Counted from the stretch's first letter, positions 1 to 10,425 are shown. The stretch is 64,000 nucleotides of DNA from a virus (IMGVR_UViG_3300010368_000011:1-64000); one strand, 5' to 3'. Translations and numbers: made by a program. The notes: generated from the sequence alone by a model not told the origin.

Positions 1-3000
1 CCATGGAATCAGTGCAACCGTTGGGTCATATAATTGATTAGATATTTGATAAGCCGATAGCAACTTACCACTAATGGTGCTTCTTTTGTTTTTAACCCAA
101 AAATAATATCGACGTGACCCGTCGCTTTGGGTGACTTCTGTATATGAGGGGCTAGCCGCATTGAAAATGATCACATCATCTTCATCACCACTGTATTCAG
201 TCGGTGGTACGCGAGATTCAATCCATTCATATATATCAATGCTTCTGTTGGTTATTGTGATTATATTAGACAGTAACAATGCATTCGATAATATAGAAAC
301 AGTCTCAGGACCATTCAACAGAGTATAGGTAACGTCATTACCAGAAACCACATCAACCATACCACTGATACGTTGACCATCTCTGGTTTCTACCGTTATG
401 GATTGATTGACTACTATATTATGACCAGCCTCAACTACAGATTTGATACTGATAGTATTTGCAACTGCACTTGAACTGATTGCGTAACTCTTCAGCTTGC
501 CCCAGTTCTCGGATGATTCTTTTAAAGTGAGAGACTGATTTAAATAATCTTGGTATTCTCTGTTTGATGTGTTCCACCAAATGGTTCCAACTCTACTTGA
601 CGACCATTCATATCCTTCGTCCGTGGTTGCTACACCTTTGTTGTAATATGCTGGATCAAACGAGGTTTCGATATCGATCTGTGAATAGGCTATTGGCTCA
701 TGTAACCCGTTAATAGGATCGTAATGAAACATCTTCTTGTCTAATACTTCGCCTTCCAGTACAACTGCTCTGATATCATAATCGGGTGATGTCGCATTTC
801 CTTTGATTGGGAATTTGAAATTACCTTGGCGTGGTGGAACAATCCATTTGGCATGAGTTTGGGAACGATCATAATCACTGATCGTTACAACACCCGGTTC
901 ATTGGTTGACCCGAATATCACTGATTGGATTCTATTATTGAAATCGGTTTCAAGGATATTAAATCGAACTGGATTATCAAATGAGGTTTTACCAAATTCG
1001 CCCTCTTTCCATGCCCAACATTCGAGAATTTCCAACGGGATATTATTATTCTTAGAGATTGAAAAACCAGATACAGCACGACGAGTGCCTTTCTCTCTAA
1101 TAGAATTCTTGTGAAATTCTAAAGACATAACCTCATTGATATTCATTTCTCTGGCATAATCGCGATAGTACCAACCATAAAGATTGAAGGCTTGATCACG
1201 GAATTTTGGATCAGAAACAGGGTCCAACATATCGTAATAACGAATGAAGTCCTTGGTGCTCTTCTCAAAGTTCGGAACAAGCTTATCACCAGACGCAATA
1301 TATCCGGGTGTATCCAAACGGCCTGCCCACTCTTTTGTTCTTAGTGATTTGATTTCAAGTCTTTTCTGACGCAAACCAGTAAATGGATCATAAACAAGAT
1401 CATTGAATCTAGTTCTATTAGAAATGAACACAGCGTGTTGTATATCTACAATAGTCGCTCTAAGACCGAAAATCAAATGAGGAGATTTAACCGATATGTC
1501 ACCATCAAAACGATACGTGTCAAAATCAGTTATAGGCATTCCAGCAATATCAAGTAGACTGTATCCACCATATACTAACTTCTGAATATTATTCATATGA
1601 CCAAAAGTCGATTGCAGATTCAACGAATTACCAGACGCAACATCCACAAAGATTTGCCCAGTAGTAGCCGTCTGTGACCACACCGCAAATCGTTTGGCAA
1701 CATCTATCCAATCATCATTCTCATAAACCCAACCATTGTCAGTATAATTTCTTCCGTAATCTACAATGAATTCAACAACTTCTTGTGGAGAATTGAATTG
1801 ATGACCATACTGATAGTCGATAATGTTATTCGTTCCAGTCTCATAGTAGAAGTAATCGGTTTCCCCAATTGAGAATTTGCGAGAACGTGTACTAGGATTA
1901 GTATATGTTGTAGTCAATTGAGCAGTTAGTTGTTGACCGGTTGTTATATTTGGATCAATGATCTGGAAACTAGTTGGGCTTAATATATTAATATATTGAT
2001 CTTTGACTTTGAATCCATCAACAAGAACTGAGAATTTTGCTAAATCGTTCGTTCCGCCTAATTTGAATTTGGTCAAGGTGTATGTATCTATACCAGTCTG
2101 AACAGTATAGGTTTCGTTAAACGTAGTTCTTCCAGCAAGAGATGGACGAGCACCATAATTGATTCTAAAGAACGAGTTCGTATAATCATAACCATACACT
2201 TGGTATTTTGAACCACGTTTGAGAATTTGAATACCACTATGGAATTTATTCTCAATCGGTAATCCTTTGTGTAATGTTAACTGCACATCTTCAAAAGGGA
2301 TTTCCACACCGGATGAAGTTTTGATTACTGTTGCAGCTTTATCAATAAAACCATTGGTTTTCCAACCGAGTGATACATTGGATTGTCGAATCGTGTCAGC
2401 AAACTCTTTCGAATTTATTCTCGACATATTTAAATTCTCGGCAACCCATGCGTTAATGCCCGGATTGGAATAATTAATGTCTTCCGAATGAATCTTTAAA
2501 TCATCGATCTTCGGACGGCGAAGAGTTCCATCATCAATCTTAATAGGTCCACCAAACAAATTGGTATCCATACCAATAGTGAATGAATAATCAGACCATA
2601 GGAATTCCACATATCTACCCGGCTTCATCAGATAACCAGCTAGTGCATATGCAAATGGCCCAAGATGTGAATTATGGAATGAGTTCTCAATCGGACTACA
2701 ATCACCATACTTCCAATTTTGTTCAGGGGAAATTAATTGATCAAGACTTACTACACCGGCTGTCACTGGATCAATTAGATCACCATTAACATCAACAGGG
2801 ATGGGTGCTGTGGCGCTCAATAGGAATTTAGTAGGAATGGTGACCCCTTCGGCAGCTATCAACGTGCCGGTCTTCAGATCAGCCCACATGGCATTAGCAG
2901 AACCATATCTCCCGTTGCCATCAGCATCCGTGCTGGTCACCGTATAAGCATCATCCCACCAAGCGGGCTTTATCGTGAAACCTAATATTTCCCATGGGGC

Positions 3001-5742
3001 AACATGTGGACGATCAGTACCATATACGCGTTTGTATATTCCGGTCCAATGACCCTCAAAACCAGCCGAAGTATAATTCCATGTCCACTTGTTAGCCTCG
3101 GAATAACCATCATTGGTTACAGGGTCTAACCCCTGATCGACATACCATCTTTCAAACTCACGACGAATCACTGTGGTATAATCTGAAGACTGGTAATCAA
3201 ATACTCCTGATCTATCAAAAGCCTTTAATTCAAAAATGTCGAAACCATTGAAGGTATGCTTTGTGTCATCGGTAAGATTTTTGACAATATCACTGGCCAC
3301 AGCTTTTTTAGTAACCCATGCGGAATTACTATAAGTCGCATACATCCCATGAGTTTTAGAATACACTCTATCACCTTCAGTTGGTGACAAGGCAGTATAA
3401 TCATTTACAATATTATCAACATCAGGCACATTGGTAATAATGGTTTTATTACCAATGTGATTCTTCAATGAGAATTGATGACCATCCAAAAATGCACTCT
3501 CGGCCACTGATTCTAATTTACGTTTCGCTGGTACAGAAGCAAAGAACCTATTTTCAAGATTAATGATGACATCATCGCGCTCATCATTATATGCTAACAT
3601 CACACTTCCATCATGTTTCAATATATAAGTTATTGAATTTGTTGTGAATTTCCGTGGAGTATAAGCGGGTGCGGCACCAGTTCTGGCGGCTGAAGGGGGA
3701 ATGAGTATTGGTGATACGGCTGCTGTCGTTTCGTTGACATACGTTCCCATCCCGGCATTCCAAAATGGACTCTCTTCAGTAGAGAAGAGAATGTTTTGAG
3801 TTAATACCTTGTCCACCATCTCTGTGGCAGTCAGTCCGTTCAATGTCCCTTGTGGAGTTGAATAACTACCCGCATCCCAAATGGTGCTCAATCGACGAAC
3901 AAACCGTTTCATGAATCGGTTATATTCAAATGACATATTACGAATGGCTTCTGCCAGATCATAATCATCGTTCTGAATTAATGATAAAGGAATCAATAAT
4001 GATCCTTCAGTATCGATAATCGTTGCACCAGAAACCGGATCACGACTGGTCCAACGATAATTATTATTCCCCAATGGAATACCATCAGCATTTGTGTCTA
4101 AAATATTTCTATAATGGTTGATTATATTACTTCTGCTGATACTAGTGATAATATCATGGTTCGGGTTATTACTCAGATTTAGAGGAACACCTTTCTGGGT
4201 TTGATCATACACGAGCGGTGTGGTTGATCGGTTCCATACTGAATGAAGCTGACCGGTCCATGTGTCCTTGAAAAACCTATAACCCAGAACAGATATATTA
4301 TTTTTAGTATAAACAGTACTTTCAAGAGTAAGGTCAAATATAATTTCACCAGTACTATCATATGTCAACGGAAATCCAAGAACAGTATCATCGGAATTAG
4401 TTCTTGTTTGTTTGTATTCAAATAACGAGTTACCGTTATAAGTGTCAACAAATGTTGATGCCTTGCTAATACCACCGTTATCAACCATGTATATTTCATA
4501 TTTCGGTTGAACATTATTCAATCCAAAAATCTTATAAGATGCAAGTGCATCAGAAATATCAGTTGTTTCGATTGAACTCCAATATTCAAGTAATGGTCTT
4601 TTTGATTGCTTACCATTGTATTCTGTTTTATCGATTGCACTTAAATCTTCAAAGTGAACCCACCAGTTTTCTTTCTGCCATGGATCATCATTAACGGTGA
4701 AATCAATTGCAGCATAACGATATACAGGATCATTACCGGTTGGAACACCAATCGCGGTCATGCTAGCTATATCATTATCAGAATCCAGAGTATCAAAATA
4801 TGGAATGGTTGAATAAACCAATGGTGCCCAACCCTCATTTGTATAAAGAAGGAATTTACGGGATGCTGGTGATCGAGAATCTTCCCAGATCATGCCTTCG
4901 ACCGGATTATCAGGTTCACGATTAGAAATAACCGGAACTTTTGATAACCACCGGCCTGCTTCACCACTATAATGATATATCACTGGTCGTTGATAGTTCT
5001 TACCGGTGCGAGCGATGTAAAGATATGTACCAGCCGCAATATCAGATGGAACAGCGTCTTCTGATGCGTATGGCGCGATATTAACCACCTGCCATGCAGT
5101 TCCATCCCATTGGTAAATTGTACGCTGTGCGTCTGTACAATCCTCGCGAAGATCGCCTGTGAGAGTACCGGTCGGTTCATAGCTAGCCAACGGTGCTAAT
5201 CGATCACTGGAATCCAGAATTACTGCTTTCTTGGTGAATGTTCCATTTGCTTCAACATAATGAAGAACCGTCTGCGATGCTGTTGGTTCTTTTACAATGT
5301 ATTCGCCAGTATCGTCCGCTGTTCCATCTCCGGTCCAGAAGTATTTGGAAAAATTAACCCATTTGTCAATATTAATTGGTGGAGTGAAAGAAAAGTAATC
5401 ACATTCAAATAATCTATTTTCATCACTGGTCAATCCACCATTGGCCAAGATGTGACCAATCAAGTCAGCATAAAAAGCACCATTGGCGACTGAACCATCT
5501 TTATTATATGAAACGACACATGGAGATAATTGAAATCGATCATCCAACGGGTTACTATTGGTGATAAATGGTGATCTATCTTTAGTGGATTGGGAGATAT
5601 CGGTGTCGTCACCGATTTGTCCTTCAATGCGTTCAAACGCTTCTGGTTCAAACGCTAAATCATCTGTAGCTCCTAGGAGACGCTTGTTTACATCTGTCTG
5701 GAATACTTTTGGTAGCGACGAAAATACTCTACGATCTTTCAT
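1..5742 (-). CDS. giant virion structural protein (tail-fibre/adhesin-like), >1900 aa, C-terminus runs off window start
   Basis: single uninterrupted minus-strand frame from ATG at 5742-5740 (first ATG after in-frame TAA, AAGG RBS) to position 1; no competing complete ORF >70 aa in 5.7 kb; aromatic YW/WW repeat motifs like those in the sheath gene at 50321. Confidence 0.7.
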   Translation of the reverse strand, partial: MKDRRVFSSLPKVFQTDVNKRLLGATDDLAFEPEAFERIEGQIGDDTDISQSTKDRSPFITNSNPLDDRFQLSPCVVSYNKDGSVANGAFYADLIGHILANGGLTSDENRLFECDYFSFTPPINIDKWVNFSKYFWTGDGTADDTGEYIVKEPTASQTVLHYVEANGTFTKKAVILDSSDRLAPLASYEPTGTLTGDLREDCTDAQRTIYQWDGTAWQVVNIAPYASEDAVPSDIAAGTYLYIARTGKNYQRPVIYHYSGEAGRWLSKVPVISNREPDNPVEGMIWEDSRSPASRKFLLYTNEGWAPLVYSTIPYFDTLDSDNDIASMTAIGVPTGNDPVYRYAAIDFTVNDDPWQKENWWVHFEDLSAIDKTEYNGKQSKRPLLEYWSSIETTDISDALASYKIFGLNNVQPKYEIYMVDNGGISKASTFVDTYNGNSLFEYKQTRTNSDDTVLGFPLTYDSTGEIIFDLTLESTVYTKNNISVLGYRFFKDTWTGQLHSVWNRSTTPLVYDQTQKGVPLNLSNNPNHDIITSISRSNIINHYRNILDTNADGIPLGNNNYRWTSRDPVSGATIIDTEGSLLIPLSLIQNDDYDLAEAIRNMSFEYNRFMKRFVRRLSTIWDAGSYSTPQGTLNGLTATEMVDKVLTQNILFSTEESPFWNAGMGTYVNETTAAVSPILIPPSAARTGAAPAYTPRKFTTNSITYILKHDGSVMLAYNDERDDVIINLENRFFASVPAKRKLESVAESAFLDGHQFSLKNHIGNKTIITNVPDVDNIVNDYTALSPTEGDRVYSKTHGMYATYSNSAWVTKKAVASDIVKNLTDDTKHTFNGFDIFELKAFDRSGVFDYQSSDYTTVIRREFERWYVDQGLDPVTNDGYSEANKWTWNYTSAGFEGHWTGIYKRVYGTDRPHVAPWEILGFTIKPAWWDDAYTVTSTDADGNGRYGSANAMWADLKTGTLIAAEGVTIPTKFLLSATAPIPVDVNGDLIDPVTAGVVSLDQLISPEQNWKYGDCSPIENSFHNSHLGPFAYALAGYLMKPGRYVEFLWSDYSFTIGMDTNLFGGPIKIDDGTLRRPKIDDLKIHSEDINYSNPGINAWVAENLNMSRINSKEFADTIRQSNVSLGWKTNGFIDKAATVIKTSSGVEIPFEDVQLTLHKGLPIENKFHSGIQILKRGSKYQVYGYDYTNSFFRINYGARPSLAGRTTFNETYTVQTGIDTYTLTKFKLGGTNDLAKFSVLVDGFKVKDQYINILSPTSFQIIDPNITTGQQLTAQLTTTYTNPSTRSRKFSIGETDYFYYETGTNNIIDYQYGHQFNSPQEVVEFIVDYGRNYTDNGWVYENDDWIDVAKRFAVWSQTATTGQIFVDVASGNSLNLQSTFGHMNNIQKLVYGGYSLLDIAGMPITDFDTYRFDGDISVKSPHLIFGLRATIVDIQHAVFISNRTRFNDLVYDPFTGLRQKRLEIKSLRTKEWAGRLDTPGYIASGDKLVPNFEKSTKDFIRYYDMLDPVSDPKFRDQAFNLYGWYYRDYAREMNINEVMSLEFHKNSIREKGTRRAVSGFSISKNNNIPLEILECWAWKEGEFGKTSFDNPVRFNILETDFNNRIQSVIFGSTNEPGVVTISDYDRSQTHAKWIVPPRQGNFKFPIKGNATSPDYDIRAVVLEGEVLDKKMFHYDPINGLHEPIAYSQIDIETSFDPAYYNKGVATTDEGYEWSSSRVGTIWWNTSNREYQDYLNQSLTLKESSENWGKLKSYAISSSAVANTISIKSVVEAGHNIVVNQSITVETRDGQRISGMVDVVSGNDVTYTLLNGPETVSILSNALLLSNIITITNRSIDIYEWIESRVPPTEYSGDEDDVIIFNAASPSYTEVTQSDGSRRYYFWVKNKRSTISGKLLSAYQISNQLYDPTVALIPW

Positions 5743-5777
5743 TGGATATGATACAGCCTTTTGATTTATTTATTAGG

Positions 5778-6047
5778 CTAATCGTCTTCAATTAATGAAA
5801 TTCGCTGCCTTATTCTAATCTTAGACGATTTGTCTTCAATATGACCAATATCAAAGAAATATAATCTTTGTTCCACCTGTTGAACAAAGGCTTCTAATTG
5901 AGTCATCATAGTTGAATGTGGCAGAGAAGCCGCCATCGACATCTTTTCGTAAAGAGTGTCCAGCAGCTTCTCTGTTTCTTGTTTGTTGCACTGAGATAAT
6001 GTCTTATACTCAGTGTCAGATATTTTTAAAGATGGTTCCATAGTCAT
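5778..6047 (-). CDS. hypothetical protein (89 aa), upstream of giant fibre gene
   Basis: ORF track; same strand as structural operon. Confidence 0.4.
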   Translation of the reverse strand: MTMEPSLKISDTEYKTLSQCNKQETEKLLDTLYEKMSMAASLPHSTMMTQLEAFVQQVEQRLYFFDIGHIEDKSSKIRIRQRISLIEDD

Positions 6048-6537
6048 AAGTCCTGACTATATTTACATACTCTCTACGGAAATTCTTCCAAATACCTTTA
6101 TAACCAATCATTGGTCTGAAATCCAAAACGTCAACATCTCTGACATCATTGGTGTATTTCTTATCCATGTTCTGCTTTTTTCTGAATTCCACAATGGAAT
6201 CAAAGAAGTCTGGGGCAGATCGAGCATTGTTGGCATATGAGTCAACAAAATCTCTAAATTGAGTATCCTGTTGTCTCACCGAAGCCACCCATGCGCCTGA
6301 AACTCTAATATGGGTTTCAGCAGCTTCTAATGATCGGTGCACTTCATGAGCAAAGGCACGACCCATCAGTGGTTCAAAACCCTTGCTGCTATCTGAAATC
6401 AACGCCTCTTTCATGATTTCAGTCACATCAAACCCAACAACGGTTTGTGCATCTTCTTTCCATGGCTGACATTGAAGAACGAAACGTTCAACCGGCTTGC
6501 GACGATTATACGTGATTAGGTGTAATTTTGAATTCAT
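6016..6537 (-). CDS. hypothetical virion-module protein (173 aa)
   Basis: ORF track; operon context. Confidence 0.5.
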   Translation of the reverse strand: MNSKLHLITYNRRKPVERFVLQCQPWKEDAQTVVGFDVTEIMKEALISDSSKGFEPLMGRAFAHEVHRSLEAAETHIRVSGAWVASVRQQDTQFRDFVDSYANNARSAPDFFDSIVEFRKKQNMDKKYTNDVRDVDVLDFRPMIGYKGIWKNFRREYVNIVRTYDYGTIFKNI

Positions 6538-6559
6538 AATATCCCATTACGGTTATTGG

Positions 6560-7327
6560 TTAAAGTGGAGTACGTGTTGCCGCAGGGAAAACGCTACACG
6601 TTTGCACTCTATGGGTGTCCATATCAACCTGAACCACATAACCGGGATAAGTGACTGTATCATCGCCGTCTACATAACTCGTGTCTTCGGTCCCATATAC
6701 ACTCGTGGTATATTTCCCTACAAACACTATAATAGGATAATTTGCGTTCCTGTTGTAAACTGTTTTTGCGACCCATGTGTTATCTAATGAATATGTTGTT
6801 CTGACATAAGCAGTAGCAATCGTGGCCGGGTCAATCAATACAACATCATTGACGATTGAATTCTGAATTTCTTGTCTTACGGATTGAGATAATGTTCCAC
6901 CGAACCTAGTAGTCGATACTGCGTTATCCCAATCGGCATCAAGGAAATCAACACCACCGGTCAATGCGAATTCAGCTTCAATTCTAGCTTCCATGGCATC
7001 TTTCAGTGCAGCGAGGATTGTAGCTGTCGAAGTACCAGTAGGAAAAGAACCAGTGTGGGTTAATTTAACCGAAACATCTACTGTAGACGTAATAGTTTTA
7101 GTATCTGAAATCTGAGTGGTGTATATTGCAGTGGCAGCAGCGCTTGGTGTATCGCTATTGGTTGGTTCACCTTCGCCGTTTGGTTCACCACCATCGTCTG
7201 GGTTCCATCCACCAGCGGTATTGACCAAATACGTTTCAATTTCTGACAATGCCGAATCATAATCATAATTCGGTGCTTTGGTCATCAACGAAATAGTTGC
7301 GTTGTTTAACCATTCGTTTTTAATCAT
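6560..7327 (-). CDS. hypothetical structural protein (255 aa), Thr/Ser-rich
   Basis: ORF track; ATGA-type overlap with next gene. Confidence 0.55.
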   Translation of the reverse strand: MIKNEWLNNATISLMTKAPNYDYDSALSEIETYLVNTAGGWNPDDGGEPNGEGEPTNSDTPSAAATAIYTTQISDTKTITSTVDVSVKLTHTGSFPTGTSTATILAALKDAMEARIEAEFALTGGVDFLDADWDNAVSTTRFGGTLSQSVRQEIQNSIVNDVVLIDPATIATAYVRTTYSLDNTWVAKTVYNRNANYPIIVFVGKYTTSVYGTEDTSYVDGDDTVTYPGYVVQVDMDTHRVQTCSVFPAATRTPL

Positions 7328-7743
7328 CTCTTATCTCGTTTCAATAAAGTTTTAATAACCGTTTCGAAATTAAGACCAGCTCGGCGACTTCTTTCTTGAT
7401 TAGGTTTTGCTGAAGATTTTGGTTTAGGCTTTTCGTCAATGGTTTCGGGCTTAGCCGAATCATCGCGCTTCCAACCATCGTCCGTATCGAAGGATGCCCG
7501 TTTGGGACTACCAGTACGACTTCTTTTATTGATAACAAAATTTTGTTTTGTATTATTGCGTTTAATAAAAACACGAATAAGAGTTTGTTCGCCTGCAACA
7601 TCTTCATACGAGATTACAAACGGTTCACCATTCGAATCAAGATCGACTTGGCCAGCAGAATTTAGTTCATCAACGTATCGTGTGGCACCTGATGAATGCT
7701 GCTGTAATGAGATATACCGGTTTTCCATGAATGTATTTATCAC
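7324..7743 (-). CDS. hypothetical protein (139 aa) with basic C-terminal tail
   Basis: ORF track; start/stop overlap with 6560..7327. Confidence 0.5.
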   Translation of the reverse strand: MINTFMENRYISLQQHSSGATRYVDELNSAGQVDLDSNGEPFVISYEDVAGEQTLIRVFIKRNNTKQNFVINKRSRTGSPKRASFDTDDGWKRDDSAKPETIDEKPKPKSSAKPNQERSRRAGLNFETVIKTLLKRDKR

Positions 7744-7776
7744 AGAGCACCGGTATATCGCATTCGGTATTGGAAA

Positions 7777-8019
7777 TTATGAAGTCGTCATATCATTCAT
7801 GGCTTCTTCAAGGGCTTGAGCCGCTTGTGTGCACATGGTTTGTGCAGTCGTCAGTTTACTCGACAACGCTTTACCAGTGTCATTATTTTCGAGATAATTT
7901 ACAGGTTCACCATCGGTGCTATCCACACCAAGGCCGATGAAACCCATGTCTTCATGTAATCCACGTAAGTCATCGATGATAACGGTAAGGCTATTGGCGT
8001 CTGCATTGCTAAGCGACAT
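7777..8019 (-). CDS. hypothetical small protein (80 aa)
   Basis: ORF track; sigma70-like promoter just upstream. Confidence 0.4.
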   Translation of the reverse strand: MSLSNADANSLTVIIDDLRGLHEDMGFIGLGVDSTDGEPVNYLENNDTGKALSSKLTTAQTMCTQAAQALEEAMNDMTTS

Positions 8020-8056
8020 GATTAATTAATCTCCATCATGATTTTCGGAAGTGTCC

Positions 8057-8085
8057 ATAATAGCTCTTGAAATCATAATGGTCAA
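8057..8085 (-). promoter_or_regulatory. sigma70-like promoter (TTGACC-17-TATTAT) for minus-strand operon starting at 8019
   Basis: hexamers read on minus strand with 17-nt spacer. Confidence 0.4.
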
Positions 8086-8117
8086 TTCTTTTTTTTTGTA
8101 TACGTGCTGAAAAACTT

Positions 8118-8312
8118 CTATCGAAAGTAAATTCCCGGTATCAATCGATTAGCACCATGTATAACCAATTTATTTCTACGGAGTTCCGCCCGTAATGTCG
8201 TTTTGTCAATATGATTGATGGCCGCGTAACTACTAACCGACATATATGAAGTCAATTGATCGTTAACGTATACCATAATTGTATCGTTGTGCTCTAATGT
8301 ATTATCGGTCAT
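8118..8312 (-). CDS. hypothetical small protein (64 aa)
   Basis: ATG at 8312 overlaps TGA of upstream gene (ATGA). Confidence 0.4.
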   Translation of the reverse strand: MTDNTLEHNDTIMVYVNDQLTSYMSVSSYAAINHIDKTTLRAELRRNKLVIHGANRLIPGIYFR

Positions 8313-8545
8313 TGGCGTCTGATAAGTTTAAAATGATCACCGGGCATAGTGATTCGACGTTCACGAATCAGAACCTTGACCCATTGATGGTGCCCAACTT
8401 TAGGACGCGATTTACGAGGCACAGTAATAACTTCCAATACGAAACCGTATGCACCGGTAAAATCAATCCCATTTTTGCGAACCCTGTGACCGGTCGAGGA
8501 AGGAATAAGCTCAACCGTGTCATCTTCTTCAAATGTTTGTTTCAT
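8309..8545 (-). CDS. hypothetical small protein (78 aa)
   Basis: track ORF starts on TTG at 8569; in-frame ATG at 8545 overlaps upstream stop (ATGA) and is preferred. Confidence 0.45.
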   Translation of the reverse strand: MKQTFEEDDTVELIPSSTGHRVRKNGIDFTGAYGFVLEVITVPRKSRPKVGHHQWVKVLIRERRITMPGDHFKLIRRQ

Positions 8546-8814
8546 TTCGCTTTTTCGAGTTCGAACCAAGAGCCTGAATACATACGAATACCAAATTCAA
8601 ATGGGAAATCAACTACTTCCATGAATTTGTCTTCATTTACCAAGCTAACTTCAAGCCATTGTGGATGTGCGCCAGATGCTGTTAGGCGAGAGTTTCTGGT
8701 AGATTCGACCCTCATCAAAGCGCCATTCATATTAGTACCTTCAACGTACATGTCGCCATGCATATTGTTTGGCACGAATTTAACTAAGTCACCAACATTA
8801 TACAACTGTGTCAT
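8542..8814 (-). CDS. hypothetical protein (90 aa)
   Basis: track ORF 8542..9024 trimmed to internal ATG at 8814 preceded by GGGAGA RBS; upstream part overlaps the HNH gene and is low-complexity. Confidence 0.5.
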   Translation of the reverse strand: MTQLYNVGDLVKFVPNNMHGDMYVEGTNMNGALMRVESTRNSRLTASGAHPQWLEVSLVNEDKFMEVVDFPFEFGIRMYSGSWFELEKAK

Positions 8815-8866
8815 GTTCAATTTCTCCCAATAATAATAATAACAATACAGGGTATACTTCAATATG

Positions 8867-9367
8867 TCAAGTTGAATATTTTCCTTTGTTTCTTCCACAG
8901 TATGATAATGTTTGAGAATGACAATTAGGGCATAATATTTCAAGATTTTCAATACGGTGATCAGAATTATCACCATTCTTATGTTCAAGATGTAATGATA
9001 AAGAAGAACCGTTCCACTTATCACCTATACCACACTTATTACAAACTGGTTTTAATAAGTTCACATCATATAAGCGCTGTTTTAATCTGGATGAAGAACT
9101 GTAAGATGAATTCTCTACTAATATTTCATCTAAAGGTATTTTTGGTGTCCAATCGTGGTTACCACCTAATAGATACCCTTGACCACGAAAATGACTTATA
9201 TCTAATCCAAGTTCGTTTACTGCCCTGTCAAATACTTTATAATTCCCACCAGACGGAACCAAACCAAGCTGTATCAAAGCATTTCGTTTACTGATGGATG
9301 ATTCCACCGCTGAAATAAATTGTTCTTTATTATATCCACGTTTTTCAAATAATTTAGATAATTCCAT
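8867..9367 (-). CDS. HNH homing endonuclease
   Basis: C-terminal LEHKNGDNSDHRIENLEILCPNCHS motif; paralogue of 23063..23671; AAGAAGGTG RBS; immediately downstream of the intron-containing tRNA-Leu. Confidence 0.8.
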   Translation of the reverse strand: MELSKLFEKRGYNKEQFISAVESSISKRNALIQLGLVPSGGNYKVFDRAVNELGLDISHFRGQGYLLGGNHDWTPKIPLDEILVENSSYSSSSRLKQRLYDVNLLKPVCNKCGIGDKWNGSSLSLHLEHKNGDNSDHRIENLEILCPNCHSQTLSYCGRNKGKYST

Positions 9368-9478
9368 AGCACACCTTCTTTAAGTGTACTTATGGGTAAC
9401 CATATACTTATGCGTGCACCAAAATAATTGGTGCGGACGGCGGGAATTGAACCCGCACTCCCGAAGGAACCAGATTTT

Positions 9479-10339
9479 CATACCACTACAGCTTTAACTG
9501 CCCTCGACTGAGGTTTGTGGTCTGGACTATACCTTCATCATATCAGTTCTCACTGACTTAGATGCTGCCCGTACAGTAAGTTACATACATACCTTATATT
9601 GCATGCATGGAATAACAAATGGTTTGACAATATCAATAAATTTTCTCGCCTGTGTAGTACCACACCGGATCGAAAATCTTCCTTTGTTCCGCTTAATAGT
9701 GAATTTCACATCATGTACTTCTTTAAAATAATCAACAATGACGTTGACTTCTTTTTCCGTAGATACACAACACGAAATTACAAGTTCATATGCATGAACC
9801 TTACCATTTCGCTTCTTGGGATATAGCGATCCATCATCCATATACCATATGGCTATAGCATGATGCGTAAACTTATTCAGTAGTTTACGTGTAAATTGCT
9901 TATATCCATCCTTATAACACCATTTCCGCAGTACACGAAAATAACGATGGGTCATAAAGAATCTGTTAAAGGTATTTGTATCATTACGAGACTTAACCCG
10001 ACTGATTGAAACACTTTTATTAAACAGATCACAAAGAATGTTCAGCTTATGGTTTAGATACTCAACTTGGGCATCACAATGACTAATCGCCAATTCAGGT
10101 TTTGCTGGCCGAATATGACCATCACCCATCACCATAGCACAAACAACCGATTTGTCTTTCTTCTCCATTTCTAATTCCCTTCCTCACACTAGGTGAGATA
10201 TATTTTGTAACTTACTCAGTCTCTACACCTTCAACTTTCTTTCGAAAGAAGCTTGGCTCGGGATTGCCATTTAAAAGGTTTCCCCGAATTTGAGCAGTTC
10301 TACTCCGATGGTTTCCCAAAGGGCACTCAATTTTACTAT
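9479..10339 (-). mobile_element. group I intron (tRNA-Leu UAA anticodon-loop type) carrying a LAGLIDADG homing endonuclease ORF
   Basis: 5' splice after U, 3' terminal G; core strings AAUUGAG..CUCAAAUUCGGGGAAACC..GGCAAUCCCGAGCCAAGC..GGUGUAGAGACUG and 3' GGGCAGUUAAAGCUGUAGUGGUAUG closely resemble the Anabaena pre-tRNA-Leu intron. Confidence 0.75.
9581..10168 (-). CDS. LAGLIDADG homing endonuclease (intron-encoded)
   Basis: two LAGLIDADG-type motifs (VMGDGHI and WYMDDGSL); ORF entirely inside the intron, GGAAGGGAAT RBS. Confidence 0.8.
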   Translation of the reverse strand: MEKKDKSVVCAMVMGDGHIRPAKPELAISHCDAQVEYLNHKLNILCDLFNKSVSISRVKSRNDTNTFNRFFMTHRYFRVLRKWCYKDGYKQFTRKLLNKFTHHAIAIWYMDDGSLYPKKRNGKVHAYELVISCCVSTEKEVNVIVDYFKEVHDVKFTIKRNKGRFSIRCGTTQARKFIDIVKPFVIPCMQYKVCM

Positions 10340-10392
10340 AAGTCTGGCGCGTCTACCATTTCCACCACGTCCGCATACTCATACTTATAGAC

Positions 10393-10425
10393 GTGTGATT
10401 CATTCTGTCAATGATTTGAATCACA
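10393..10425 (-). other. 9-bp perfect hairpin (TGTGATTCA/TGAATCACA) directly upstream of tRNA-Leu
   Basis: inverted repeat with 13-nt loop. Confidence 0.4.

Larger units (their letters stand above)
9429..10374 (-). tRNA. tRNA-Leu(UAA), split gene: exon1 10374..10340, group I intron 10339..9479, exon2 9478..9432 (+encoded CCA to 9429)
   Basis: class II tRNA: acceptor GCGGACG/CGTCCGC, D-arm GTGGAAATGGTAGAC, anticodon loop CUU|AAAA reconstituted across the intron, T-arm GCGGGTTCAATTCCCGC, A73-CCA; intron sits between U34 and A35 as in cyanobacterial/plastid tRNA-Leu introns. Confidence 0.8.
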
